A stretch of DNA of 64,000 bases from an uncultured Gammaproteobacteria bacterium (GTDB lineage Bacteria > Pseudomonadota > Gammaproteobacteria > CAWJOP01). The number at the start of each line of letters is the position of its first letter. Position 1 is the stretch's first letter. The stretch is taken from the NCBI GenBank assembly GCA_963844535.1, contig CAWJOP010000002.1, forward strand, positions 668-64,667. Direction: 5' to 3'. Position numbers and translations under genes: made by a program. The notes beneath the pieces are model-generated. The model was not told the origin of the DNA, did no database searches, and saw nothing but the letters and a program-made list of their open reading frames with translations. Shown in pieces: positions 1 to 9,159 of the stretch.

Positions 1-336
1 TCTTTTCGGATTCATCGAGACGAATTAAAACAGGGTGTAACACGAACCTCTGTACTTTCAAATGAAAAGATTCGAGGAATACGCTTTCAAATTAATGATA
101 ATACACTTAAGATTCTGGCAAGTAACGTAGTTCAAGAATATGCTGAAGAAGAACTTAACATAGAATATAAAAAAACAGACATGGAAATAGCATTTAATGC
201 TAATTATCTACTTGATGTATTAGCAGCTATTCGTTCAGAGTTTGTTGAGTTATGTTTTGCTTCAGCAGAACAAGCATTTTTAGTAAAAGATCCTGAACAG
301 CAAACATTTACTTACGTTTTAATGCCGATTTTATAG
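1..336 (+). CDS. dnaN: DNA polymerase III beta sliding clamp, C-terminal part; 5' end lies outside the window
   Basis: Frame 1 translates to ...IRFQINDNTLKILASNVVQEYAEEELNIEYKKTDMEIAFNANYLLDVLAAIRSEFVELCFASAEQAFLVKDPEQQTFTYVLMPIL*. This is typical of the DnaN C-terminal domain. It is followed by recF in the conserved dnaN-recF arrangement. Confidence 0.85.
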   Translation, partial: SFRIHRDELKQGVTRTSVLSNEKIRGIRFQINDNTLKILASNVVQEYAEEELNIEYKKTDMEIAFNANYLLDVLAAIRSEFVELCFASAEQAFLVKDPEQQTFTYVLMPIL

Positions 337-377
337 CCTGTATTATATTTAGTCTTATAAACTGTGCGTCTAAAAAA

Positions 378-509
378 GCCTGTTCAAAATCTCGCTAGGC
401 TGAGACAAAAACCGTGGATATCTAAGCACAGCATACATAGAAGTATATGAGCTGCGGAACGCAAGAAAATCACGGTTTTTGGCCAGTATAGTAGAGGTAT
501 TGAACAGGC
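378..509. repeat. MITE-like palindromic element, copy 1. Terminal inverted repeats are GCCTGTTCAAAATCTC / GAG(G/A)T(A/T)TTGAACAGGC, with an internal inverted repeat.
   Basis: ~85% identical to a second copy at 47272..47414. The ends are reverse complements of each other. An internal pair aaaaaccgtgg/cacggttttt lets it fold into a long hairpin. Confidence 0.6.
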
Positions 510-543
510 TTTAATCAACACCATAACCAATGAGTAGCGATAC

Positions 544-1626
544 ATGCTTGCATTTATTGAGGCAAAAGATTTTAGAAATTTTGCTCAATTTTCGATTGAG
601 CCATCGCCTCGGTTTAATATCATCTATGGGTTAAATGGTAGCGGCAAAAGTAGTGTCCTTGAAGCGGTTTATTTTTTAGCACTTGCTCGTTCTTTTCGAA
701 CACACTTAACTACCCATATCATTCAACACCAAAAAGCCTTAACTACAGTGTTTGGTACTATAAAAAATGATAGTAGTTTGAAGACCGCTGTGGGTATTCA
801 AAAAGCACGCAGTGGAGGAACAGAAATTCATATTAATGGAGAGCTTTCTAAAACTGCTATTTCTCTTGCTAAAATTTTACCCACAATTTTAATTAACCCT
901 GATAGCTATGAGTTAATTCATGGTGGACCTAATGCGCGGCGTCATTTTTTGAATTGGGGAACGTTCCACGTAGAACAATCTTTTATCTCAATATGGAGAA
1001 GTTTTCAGCGATGCTTAAAGCAAAGAAATACTGCTTTAAAAATGGAATTGCCTTTGAGAGAAGTACAGTTTTGGGATAATGAATTTGTCAATTTAAGTTT
1101 AGCATTAGATCAAATTTATTTGGGGTACGTCGAAAAACTAATTCCTGAAGTTCAAAGCATTATCGTTAGTTTAACTGATTTAGAGGGATTATCTTTGGAG
1201 TATTATTCTGGGTGGAGCCATCAGAATTCGCTGGAATACCTGTTAAAAAATAATAGCGCCAGAGAACAACAACAGCATTGTACATTGTTTGGACCGCATC
1301 GCGCAGATCTGAAAATAAATTTTAAAGGAGCTCCTGCACAAGAGATTCTTTCTCGTGGAGAGCAAAAATTATTGATTTTTGCTCTGCAACTGGCACAGGC
1401 AAAACTATTGAATAAAATGGTTGGTACGAAAGCCATTTATTTAATTGATGATATGGCGGCAGAATTAGACGCAAGCCATAGAAAAAAGATCGTTGATTTT
1501 CTTATTTCACTTGATGCGCAGGTATTTTTAACTTGTTTAGAACCAGAACAGTTATCTTTCGATATCCCATCAGAAGAGTTAAAGATGTTCTACGTGGAAC
1601 ATGGGGAATTTCAAATTAATATTTAG
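544..1626 (+). CDS. recF: DNA replication and repair protein RecF
   Basis: 360-aa ORF with the N-terminal Walker A motif GLNGSGKSSVLEA. It lies downstream of dnaN as expected. Confidence 0.9.
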   Translation: MLAFIEAKDFRNFAQFSIEPSPRFNIIYGLNGSGKSSVLEAVYFLALARSFRTHLTTHIIQHQKALTTVFGTIKNDSSLKTAVGIQKARSGGTEIHINGELSKTAISLAKILPTILINPDSYELIHGGPNARRHFLNWGTFHVEQSFISIWRSFQRCLKQRNTALKMELPLREVQFWDNEFVNLSLALDQIYLGYVEKLIPEVQSIIVSLTDLEGLSLEYYSGWSHQNSLEYLLKNNSAREQQQHCTLFGPHRADLKINFKGAPAQEILSRGEQKLLIFALQLAQAKLLNKMVGTKAIYLIDDMAAELDASHRKKIVDFLISLDAQVFLTCLEPEQLSFDIPSEELKMFYVEHGEFQINI

Positions 1627-2219
1627 GGATTAAGAGTTTCCACGTGGGTTAATTTGCCATTTTGAAAAATATAGCGTCCGCTCACATGTATGAAATATTC
1701 AATATTATCAGGGTGAATAACCCCCTCTTTTAAAACAATTAATTCGTTACCATGGCGGTCAACGGGAACTTTATTATTAAAAAATGGGCTAATATCATTT
1801 TCTGTAATGGTAAAGGCAATATAGGCATCATTTTCTTTGTTGGATTTGCTTCGAATTACTGCCTGAACATCCTCTTCGTTTTTATAAATAGGGCGAGTCA
1901 TGCTATGAGCAGCGAGAGAACTAATGACACTTTCCCATTGTCTTAAATTGCTTCCATCCGCAGAGTACACCAGAATAAAAACCAGCTGAGTTTTGGTAGA
2001 AATTTTCTTTTGCGCGTAACGATGAATTAGCGTGCCTTTTTCTTCAGCGGATTCAGCAGATACAGCAAGATTATTTTTTAAGCGTTCTCGAAACTCTCTA
2101 AGTTTTTTTCCGGCTGCTTGTAGAAAAAGAGTATCCTCCCAGTATCCTTTTTCGATGATTTTATCCAATAGTTCAATCAATTTTTTACTGAAAACAAAAT
2201 CATTGTTGGATAATGCCAT
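1623..2219 (-). CDS. icmQ: Dot/Icm type IVB secretion system protein IcmQ
   Basis: 198 aa. Motifs matching Legionella IcmQ: the N-terminal LIELLDKIIEKGYWEDTLFLQAAGKKL, then VFILVYSADGSNLRQWESV..RPIYKNEEDVQAVIRSK..NDAYIAFTI. It sits directly downstream of a small hypervariable gene, as icmR-icmQ does. Confidence 0.65.
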   Translation of the reverse strand: MALSNNDFVFSKKLIELLDKIIEKGYWEDTLFLQAAGKKLREFRERLKNNLAVSAESAEEKGTLIHRYAQKKISTKTQLVFILVYSADGSNLRQWESVISSLAAHSMTRPIYKNEEDVQAVIRSKSNKENDAYIAFTITENDISPFFNNKVPVDRHGNELIVLKEGVIHPDNIEYFIHVSGRYIFQNGKLTHVETLNP

Positions 2220-2237
2220 AGTAAAAAAGCCCTATGT

Positions 2238-2588
2238 TTAGGGGGAATATTTTTCTGGTAAAACGAGGTTGGTTGCTAAAAGTTCTTCTCTTAACTCAAG
2301 AGATCCTTTGGCCCCTTCTTTACTAAGCTCTAAGTCTACTTGCATGTGCTCGCGTTTAACAGAAAGGTTTTTTGCAGTACCGCTATTATAAAAGCCGCTC
2401 GCATTACTTGGCCCTGAGTTAACATCCGCGCTCAGAATTTTTTCCAAGCTACTGGCTATGTATTCAAATATCTTATGAGCTTCATTGATAGATTCTTCAG
2501 CCGTCATTTTTCCATCATCTGGCATCTTATCAGCTTCATTAATAGATTCTTCAGCCGTCACTTTTTTATGATCTGGACTACTAAACAT
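2238..2588 (-). CDS. Hypervariable IcmR-like protein (functional homologue of IcmR, FIR), predicted partner of IcmQ
   Basis: 116-aa acidic ORF immediately upstream of icmQ on the same strand. It carries an in-frame tandem repeat, KVTAEESINEAxK twice, matching a ~54-bp DNA repeat at ~2470-2575. It has no recognisable family, which fits the known hypervariability of the gene upstream of icmQ. Confidence 0.45.
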   Translation of the reverse strand: MFSSPDHKKVTAEESINEADKMPDDGKMTAEESINEAHKIFEYIASSLEKILSADVNSGPSNASGFYNSGTAKNLSVKREHMQVDLELSKEGAKGSLELREELLATNLVLPEKYSP

Positions 2589-2725
2589 AATTATCTTAAA
2601 CCTACCCTGATTTATCCTACAAAACCTACCAGATCACTCCTTTGAAATGGCTATATTTATATTTTAGTTCTTATTTGTTAATAATAACACTTAAATCTTA
2701 AGGCTTTATTAATTTTATCCCTTAT

Positions 2726-3586
2726 TTATAAATGGACTTTACCTTTAAATACAAACTCTGCTGGCCCTGTTAGCCATACTGGCATACCTTTACCGTTCCA
2801 TTCAACGTTTAATTTACCACCTTTCATTAAAACATCAACTTGGCTATCTACTAAGTTACGTAATTTACTAGCTACCACAGCTGCACATGCTGCGCTCCCA
2901 CATGCTAAGGTTTCACCGGCACCGCGCTCAAAGACTCGTAACAAGATAGTTTTGCGATCGAGTATTTTGGTAAATCCTACATTTGTTTGCTTGGGAAAGC
3001 GATGGTGTTTGGATAATAAAGATCCAATTTTCTGAATAGATAGTTTTTCAAAGGTTTTTACCCATAATATACAGTGTGGATTTCCAATTGATAGCGCGCA
3101 AATATTAAATTTTTTCTTAATGGAGTTTACCGATAAAGTATGCTCTACTTTTTCTTTTTTGGCAATAAATGGAATTTTATCCGGTGTTTGTTCAGGAATT
3201 CCCATATTTACCCGCACAAGATTACCTTTTAGGATATATGACTTAATTATGCCGTGGTGTGTTTCAAAAATTAACGTTTTTTTCGAAGTTAGCCCTGCTT
3301 CTTTGACAAAGCGCGCGATACACCGAGCGCCGTTTCCACACTGGGATACTTCGCTGCCGTCAGCGTTAAAAATCCGGTAGAAGAAATCTGTTTTGGGGCT
3401 TTTGGGTGGTTCAATAAGCAGAATTTGGTCAAAACCGATACCAAAATGTCGATCAGCCAGTTGCTGAATAGATTTAGGAGACAGGTTTATTTTTTGTTTT
3501 GTTCCATCAATAACAATAAAATCATTGCCAAGAGCTTGCATTTTTGCAAATGAAAAATTCTGTGATGAAGGTAGATTGTTTGTCAT
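2726..3586 (-). CDS. dapF: Diaminopimelate epimerase
   Basis: 286 aa with MQALGNDFIVIDG near the N-terminus and the catalytic cysteines CGNGARC and ACGSAA. Confidence 0.9.
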   Translation of the reverse strand: MTNNLPSSQNFSFAKMQALGNDFIVIDGTKQKINLSPKSIQQLADRHFGIGFDQILLIEPPKSPKTDFFYRIFNADGSEVSQCGNGARCIARFVKEAGLTSKKTLIFETHHGIIKSYILKGNLVRVNMGIPEQTPDKIPFIAKKEKVEHTLSVNSIKKKFNICALSIGNPHCILWVKTFEKLSIQKIGSLLSKHHRFPKQTNVGFTKILDRKTILLRVFERGAGETLACGSAACAAVVASKLRNLVDSQVDVLMKGGKLNVEWNGKGMPVWLTGPAEFVFKGKVHL

Positions 3587-3634
3587 ATTGAAGTATACGC
3601 TGTACTTAAAGCACGAATTATGGATTAAATTGAT

Positions 3635-3817
3635 TTAAAAAGTTTCCCAAATTTTATCAGCATTCTCTTGAGATATTGGTAAGTCCCGTAATTGGTTAAT
3701 CCGAGAATATTTTTTAATTTCTTCTTGCTGAGAAGAAGATTGTTTTGGGTATTGTCTATCAAAATCTTCTAAGAATTTGTCAATATTACTTTTAAAATTT
3801 TTGTTAAGTTTTTTCAT
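3635..3817 (-). CDS. Small hypothetical protein (60 aa)
   Basis: ORF only. Lys/Glu-rich. Sits between dapF and the EVE-domain gene. Confidence 0.25.
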   Translation of the reverse strand: MKKLNKNFKSNIDKFLEDFDRQYPKQSSSQQEEIKKYSRINQLRDLPISQENADKIWETF

Positions 3818-3823
3818 ATAAAA

Positions 3824-4279
3824 TTAACTCATTTGGATAATAGCGTTCCATTCAGCTTTTTGTAATGGGGTTATTGAAAGTCGATTACCCTTTCGTATAA
3901 GTAAAATATTCTTTAAGAGGGGATTTGTTTTTAGTTTTGCAAGGCTGATAACAGAATTAAATTTTTCTTTGAATGTGACGTCAACTCGATACCAACGCGG
4001 ATTTTCATGGGTACTTTTGGGGTCAAAATAGCGATGTTCAGGATCAAATGCTGCAGAATCTGGATAAGGATCGGTTGTTATTTTAATGATTCCAACGATG
4101 CCTGGTGTTTTGCAATTTGAATGATAAAAGAAAGCATAATCTCCGCACCGCATATTTCGGATGAAATTTCTAGCTTGATAATTTCGAACACCATCCCAAG
4201 GTTCAGTCTGCTTATTTTTTTTAGTTAGATCATCGATGCCAAATACGGAAGGCTCTGATTTCATAACCCAATAATTCAT
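3824..4279 (-). CDS. EVE (PUA-like) domain protein
   Basis: 151 aa. The N-terminus MNYWVMKSEPSVFGIDDL and its length are typical of standalone EVE-domain proteins. Its ATG overlaps the stop of the upstream SET gene (ATGA). Confidence 0.55.
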   Translation of the reverse strand: MNYWVMKSEPSVFGIDDLTKKNKQTEPWDGVRNYQARNFIRNMRCGDYAFFYHSNCKTPGIVGIIKITTDPYPDSAAFDPEHRYFDPKSTHENPRWYRVDVTFKEKFNSVISLAKLKTNPLLKNILLIRKGNRLSITPLQKAEWNAIIQMS

Positions 4280-4827
4280 GCCTTATGCTCCCATTTTTGA
4301 AATGAATGCTGTGAATGTTCAATATTTAGAATGCCAGAAGCTTTTTGCTGGTCTTGTGGAGTAGGGAAAAGCGCCATCTTAAAGACAAGAAACAATGTTA
4401 ATATAAATATTATTCGACCTAAACGATAAGAATTTTTGAATAAATAATTAGTAGTGGTTTTTGGTTTTATTCCTCGAATAGAGAGCCAGGCTGGGGAATA
4501 ATAAATGCTAATTTCATCCCCTTTATAAATAGGTTTTAATGCCTTAAATGTAATGAGTTGATTGTTTTTATCTCGGATCCATTCTGCATTTGGCAATTCG
4601 GCATGATTATAGAGACAGCCAAACCCTAATGGAATAGCGATAATATTGTCATTTTCCCACAGAAATATGTAATTTTTAAACTCATCTGGAACATCATTAT
4701 CTAGTAATAATACGGGACACTCTTCAATTGTCTCATCTTTCTTGAAATCTTTTGTTGCAAAAACTCCATATTTTGCAATCGTTGGACTACGAATTTCGAT
4801 AGCTGATTTAACCAGTCGATTTTTCAT
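4276..4827 (-). CDS. SET-domain protein (putative lysine methyltransferase) with a C-terminal transmembrane helix
   Basis: 183 aa. YGVFATKDFKKDETIEECPVLLL ... NHAELPNAEW ... GDEISIYY resemble the SET-domain GxG / NH / Y motifs. A hydrophobic segment IIFILTLFLVF lies near the C-terminus. Confidence 0.5.
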   Translation of the reverse strand: MKNRLVKSAIEIRSPTIAKYGVFATKDFKKDETIEECPVLLLDNDVPDEFKNYIFLWENDNIIAIPLGFGCLYNHAELPNAEWIRDKNNQLITFKALKPIYKGDEISIYYSPAWLSIRGIKPKTTTNYLFKNSYRLGRIIFILTLFLVFKMALFPTPQDQQKASGILNIEHSQHSFQKWEHKA

Positions 4828-4833
4828 AAAACA

Positions 4834-5106
4834 CTATTTTTCGATGATACTTTCCGGCAGCGTAATGTTGAGCGCAAGTGTAGCGCTATTTTCAGTTCGC
4901 TCAATATCAACCTTAACTTGATCTTTTTCAACAGGAATATATTTGGCAATAACATCCAATAATTCTTTTTGTAATAACGGTAAGTAGTCTGGGCCGTTTC
5001 TTCTTAATCGTTCATGTGAAACGATGATCTGAAGCCTTTCCTTTGCTAACGAAGCTGTTACTGATTTTTTTTGAAGAGTACGAATAAGATGATTCAACAT
5101 GTTCAT
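4834..5106 (-). CDS. minE: Cell division topological specificity factor MinE
   Basis: 90 aa. The start overlaps the minD stop. The conserved region [12 protein letters not shown] is present. Confidence 0.85.
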   Translation of the reverse strand: MNMLNHLIRTLQKKSVTASLAKERLQIIVSHERLRRNGPDYLPLLQKELLDVIAKYIPVEKDQVKVDIERTENSATLALNITLPESIIEK

Positions 5107-5936
5107 AAAGTAGCTTCCTCGCGGCTTTTGCTAGTGAATAAACGTTTTATAATTCCTTTCTTTTCCGTTTTTAAGAATCGGAATGGGATTTCTTCTTCAA
5201 GAAGACGCCCGACAGCATCTTTGTAAGCAAGACCGGCATCACTGGTTTCATCAAGAATAACTGGAATTCCAGCATTGGATGCTTTCAGCACAGCTTGTGA
5301 CTCGGGAATAACACCAATCAACGGGATGGCAAGAATTTCTTGGACGTCGCCAACGCTTAGCATATCTCCTCGATCAACTCGAATTGGAGAGTATCGAGTC
5401 AAGAGTAGGTGTTCTTTGACTGGAGGGAGATTATTTTCAGAGCGGGATGTCTTGCTTGCTAAAATTCCCAAAATTCGATCAGAGTCGCGAACAGACGAAA
5501 CTTCAGGGTTGGTAACTACAATAGCCTCATCCGCAAAGTACATAGCCATTAGCGCGCCTTTTTCAATACCTGCAGGAGAATCGCATATAATGTAATCATA
5601 TTCTTTTTTAAGCTCTTGGATAACTTGTTCTACACCTTCTAGTGTTAGTGCATCTTTATCGCGAGTTTGTGAAGCAGGTAAAATGTAAAGATTTTCAACA
5701 CGCTTATCTTTGATAAGTGCTTGATTTAGATTAGCTTCCTTATGAATTACATTAACAAAATCATATACAACTCGGCGTTCACATCCCATGATAAGGTCTA
5801 GGTTGCGAAGACCAACGTCAAAGTCAATAACGACTGTTTTAAGCTTGCGGCTTGCAAGCCCAGTTGCTATTGCTGCACTCGTGGTGGTTTTTCCTACACC
5901 ACCTTTTCCTGAGGTGACAACGACTACTTTGGCCAC
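5103..5936 (-). CDS. minD: Septum site-determining ATPase MinD
   Basis: 277 aa with the deviant Walker A motif [12 protein letters not shown]. Confidence 0.9.
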   Translation of the reverse strand: MAKVVVVTSGKGGVGKTTTSAAIATGLASRKLKTVVIDFDVGLRNLDLIMGCERRVVYDFVNVIHKEANLNQALIKDKRVENLYILPASQTRDKDALTLEGVEQVIQELKKEYDYIICDSPAGIEKGALMAMYFADEAIVVTNPEVSSVRDSDRILGILASKTSRSENNLPPVKEHLLLTRYSPIRVDRGDMLSVGDVQEILAIPLIGVIPESQAVLKASNAGIPVILDETSDAGLAYKDAVGRLLEEEIPFRFLKTEKKGIIKRLFTSKSREEATL

Positions 5937-6070
5937 GGGTATTCTCCAAAAGTTAATATAAATTTAAGTTTAAGTTGATTAAATAACGGTTTTAGCAATC
6001 GAAATTACATAAACCCCGTATCTTACGGCAATACTAGCATTTTTAACAATAGTAAATAACTATTATTTGG

Positions 6071-7195
6071 CTAAATTTTAGGATTTTCGTGCTTGCCTGG
6101 CAAATTTTGTATAGCTTCTTTGTCTGCAACATATCCTAGAGTTCCGCGGCGAATTTGATCTAATTCCATTGCCTCAAATAATGCTTGAAGATTGTCTTCT
6201 CCCAATCCTTCGTTACCTTTTCGTTGAATAATTTCAAAAAATATTGGACCTAACATGGGCTGAGTGAAAACTTGTAGTAACAATTTAGATTTAGGTTGAG
6301 TTGTTCCATCAATCATGATGTGGTCTTTTTTTAGCCTTGCTAAGTCTTCATCGTGATTAGGTAGACGTTTTTCAACCATTTCATAATAGGTATCGGGCAC
6401 TTCTAAAAATGATACGTTTTGAGCAAGTAATTTTTCAGCAGTTTCATAAATATTTTCGCTTGTTAAAGCAATGTGCTGCACGCCTTCTCCGTGATATTCA
6501 CGTAAGAATTCTTCGATTTGTGATTTGTCATCCGAAGATTCATTAAGTGGAATTAGAATTTTTCCACAGGGACTGCTTATTGCTCGACTTTTTAAACCTG
6601 TCATTTTGCCGCTAATGTTGAAATAACGAATTTCATGGAAATTGAATAACTTTTGGTAAAAGGCAGTCCATTTGTCTATAGTCCCACGATGAATATTATG
6701 AGCAAGATGATCGATATAAATTAAACCAACATCATTGTCTTTAACGCTAATCTTCTCTTCTTGCCAAGGAAGAAAATCATACTCATATAGATGAGTAGCA
6801 TTTTCGTGGTCTACTAAATAGACTAGGCTTCCGCCGACCCCATAAATTGCAGGAATATTAAATCCTTCTTCATCACCGTAATAAGGTTTTGCTCCTAGTT
6901 TAATAGCTCTTTCAAAGGCGTAATTTGCGTCTTTTACCTTAAACCCCATGGCAAAAATAGATGTTCCATGTTGTTTTGCAGATTCAGTGGCTAAGCTGTT
7001 TTGCTCTTGGCTAATAAAAAAATTAATGTGGCCTTGTTGATAGAGAGTGACCTGTTTGGCACGATGTTTTGCTACGGCTCTGAAGCCTAATTTTTTAAGT
7101 TGTAAATATAATTTTTCTGGGGCTTTAGAAGCAAAAACAACAAAATCGAGACCATCAGTTCCCATTGGATTTTCGCGCGTTAGGTGTTCACTCAT
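6071..7195 (-). CDS. hppD: 4-hydroxyphenylpyruvate dioxygenase (legiolysin-like)
   Basis: HPPD-like sequence (MGTDGLDFVVFAS..., two VOC domains). I place the start at the internal ATG at 7195 (MSEHLTRENPMG...), which has an AAGGAA ribosome-binding site 8 nt upstream. The listed ORF extends 34 codons further upstream (to 7297) without support. Confidence 0.8.
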   Translation of the reverse strand: MSEHLTRENPMGTDGLDFVVFASKAPEKLYLQLKKLGFRAVAKHRAKQVTLYQQGHINFFISQEQNSLATESAKQHGTSIFAMGFKVKDANYAFERAIKLGAKPYYGDEEGFNIPAIYGVGGSLVYLVDHENATHLYEYDFLPWQEEKISVKDNDVGLIYIDHLAHNIHRGTIDKWTAFYQKLFNFHEIRYFNISGKMTGLKSRAISSPCGKILIPLNESSDDKSQIEEFLREYHGEGVQHIALTSENIYETAEKLLAQNVSFLEVPDTYYEMVEKRLPNHDEDLARLKKDHIMIDGTTQPKSKLLLQVFTQPMLGPIFFEIIQRKGNEGLGEDNLQALFEAMELDQIRRGTLGYVADKEAIQNLPGKHENPKI

Positions 7196-7333
7196 ATTAA
7201 AAATTCCTTGATTTAACTGTGTGTACTTAGAGAGTTTAGCGAAAATAATCGTTTTATTTAGAAAGTTTGGCCGAACGATTCTCTTTCGTTCGGCCAAAAA
7301 TTTTGCCCCATAGTTAAGCTAGGGACATAAGGC

Positions 7334-7705
7334 TTAGTTGCTAGTAGTAGAAGTAGCAGGCGCGGAAGATGACGCTGTGCTCATGGCAGACTGAGCGCTA
7401 GTGTCGGCAGGTGCTGGAGCACTTTGTTGTGTTGCACTATCAGTAGTACTGCCTGTTGCGGCAGCTGGAGCGGCAGCAGTTGCAGCTGTGTTAGCTGCTT
7501 GAGCGCTGTTTTGTGCAGCAGCGGCACTATTTTGAGCAGCCTGATCTGCTGACTGAGCAGTTTGAGCAGCTTGTTCTTGTGCTGGCTGTTCAGTAGTGGT
7601 GGTAGTAGTTTCGGTAGTAGTAGTTTCTTTGGATTGATTACCAGATTGGCAGCCAACCAAAGCGATTGTCATGATAGCTAACAGAAGTGCTTTTTTCATA
7701 GTCAA
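7334..7705 (-). CDS. Small lipoprotein with a low-complexity Thr/Ala/Gln-rich body
   Basis: Signal peptide plus lipobox MKKALLLAIMTIALVGC|QSG. The remainder is T/A/Q/S-rich and low in complexity. Confidence 0.45.
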   Translation of the reverse strand: MTMKKALLLAIMTIALVGCQSGNQSKETTTTETTTTTTEQPAQEQAAQTAQSADQAAQNSAAAAQNSAQAANTAATAAAPAAATGSTTDSATQQSAPAPADTSAQSAMSTASSSAPATSTTSN

Positions 7706-7715
7706 TTCCTATTTA

Positions 7716-7733
7716 ATTAACGTTAATTAACCT
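7716..7733. promoter_or_regulatory. Perfect 18-bp palindrome TTAATTAACGTTAATTAA just upstream of the lipoprotein gene start
   Basis: Seen directly in the sequence, 11 bp upstream of the ATG at 7705. Candidate operator or dimeric transcription-factor site. Confidence 0.35.
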
Positions 7734-7960
7734 AGGCTTCCTTGGCATACTTAACCAATTCACCTTTTAACAGGGCAAGATTAGCAAGTTTTTTAAAAAA
7801 ACGAAAGAATATTTTTGCTTATGTAGTAAGCATTAAAATTAATTGTCATTTTGTGGCTTTTATTTCGGGATCTAAATAGGGTTAAGTTCTATTAAGTTGT
7901 CTCGAACAAGATGCAATATGATAGTGGCGAAGAATGAAACTGCAGGAGGTCTAATAGAAT

Positions 7961-8809
7961 TTAGCTTAAGAGTTTTTGTAAGAGCCTGGCAACTCGATCA
8001 CGTAATTGACGACGGTCAATTACCATGTCAATTGCGCCATGCTCGAGTAGGAACTCACTGCGTTGAAACCCTTCAGGTAAGGTTTCGCGAACGGTTTGCT
8101 CAATCACGCGAGGACCAGCAAATCCAATTAAAGCTTTTGGCTCGGCGATAATGATATCTCCTAGCATAGCGAGGCTCGCTGAAACACCGCCCATAGTGGG
8201 ATCGGTTAATATAGAAATGTAAGGTAATCTTGCTTCGGAAAGTTTAGCTAGAGCTGCACTAGTTTTTGACATTTGCAATAATGAAATTAAGGCTTCCTGC
8301 ATTCGAGCACCACCGCTTGCAGCAAAACAAACTAGAGGAAGTTTACGATCCAAACAAAGATTAACGGCTCTTGCGAAGCGCTCTCCAACAGCTGCGCCCA
8401 TTGAACCCCCCATAAAACCAAACTCAAATGCGGTTACAACTAAAGGCATATTTTTTAATAGTCCTTGCATAACAATCAATGCTTCTTTTTCTCCAGTGGT
8501 TTTTTGAGCAATAGTTAAACGATCTTTATATTTTTTAAGATCCTTAAATTTCAGGTGATCAACTGCTTCTACATCGGCAGCTATTTCAACATCGGAGTCA
8601 GGATCTAAAAATTGTAATAAACGTTTGCGGGCTCCCATACGCATGTGATATTCACATTTAGGGCAAACCTCTAAATTGCGTTCTAATTCGGCGCGATAGA
8701 GAACTGCGTGGCAAGCATCGCAGCGCGTCCATAATCCTTCAGGAAATTTTTTTTTAGGATTGGTTATTGTATGGATGCGAGAAGGAAGTAACTTTTTAAA
8801 CCAGCTCAT
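7961..8809 (-). CDS. accD: Acetyl-CoA carboxylase carboxyltransferase subunit beta
   Basis: 282 aa. N-terminal zinc ribbon CDACHAVLY...[10 protein letters not shown]. Carboxyltransferase domain. Confidence 0.9.
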   Translation of the reverse strand: MSWFKKLLPSRIHTITNPKKKFPEGLWTRCDACHAVLYRAELERNLEVCPKCEYHMRMGARKRLLQFLDPDSDVEIAADVEAVDHLKFKDLKKYKDRLTIAQKTTGEKEALIVMQGLLKNMPLVVTAFEFGFMGGSMGAAVGERFARAVNLCLDRKLPLVCFAASGGARMQEALISLLQMSKTSAALAKLSEARLPYISILTDPTMGGVSASLAMLGDIIIAEPKALIGFAGPRVIEQTVRETLPEGFQRSEFLLEHGAIDMVIDRRQLRDRVARLLQKLLS

Positions 8810-8850
8810 GTAGGTATCTCTCGTACAAAAATAAGTTAGGGAAGCAATTC

Positions 8851-9159
8851 TTAATCCGGCAAACTCTTAAAATCAGGGTTTTTCTTATATTCTGTTAAAA
8901 TATCTTCAACAATTTTATCAACGACACTTATTTTTTCTCGGTCAGTGATTATGCCATGCTCTTCTTTTAAAGTGTTTAATCGTTTTTCGACTAATTTAGT
9001 TACTGTTCCTGAAGGAAATAAAGTTGCTAGAATGCGCCTCGCTTCAATTGGGCCAATTCGCTTATATAGTTGATTTCGAATATTAGCATCTTCAACTGTA
9101 GTACTAAATGCCCATAACTCGATTGGACCGATAGTGCTAGTGAGTAATTGCGTATTCAT
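8851..9159 (-). CDS. Hypothetical protein, probably translationally coupled to icmB
   Basis: 102-aa soluble ORF. Its start overlaps the 3' end of icmB by 23 nt. No recognisable family. Confidence 0.35.
   Translation of the reverse strand: MNTQLLTSTIGPIELWAFSTTVEDANIRNQLYKRIGPIEARRILATLFPSGTVTKLVEKRLNTLKEEHGIITDREKISVVDKIVEDILTEYKKNPDFKSLPD

Noticed and set aside
6071-7297. 408-aa version of the HPPD ORF
   Set aside because: The N-terminal 34 codons (MAERKRIVRPNFLNK…) have no homology context. The internal ATG at 7195 has a good ribosome-binding site and yields a canonical HPPD N-terminus.
7381-7656. 91-aa ORF antisense and overlapping the lipoprotein gene (LLPLQLPQQ… low complexity)
   Set aside because: This is an alternative frame of the low-complexity T/A/Q-rich lipoprotein region. 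The lipoprotein ORF has a proper signal peptide and lipobox.
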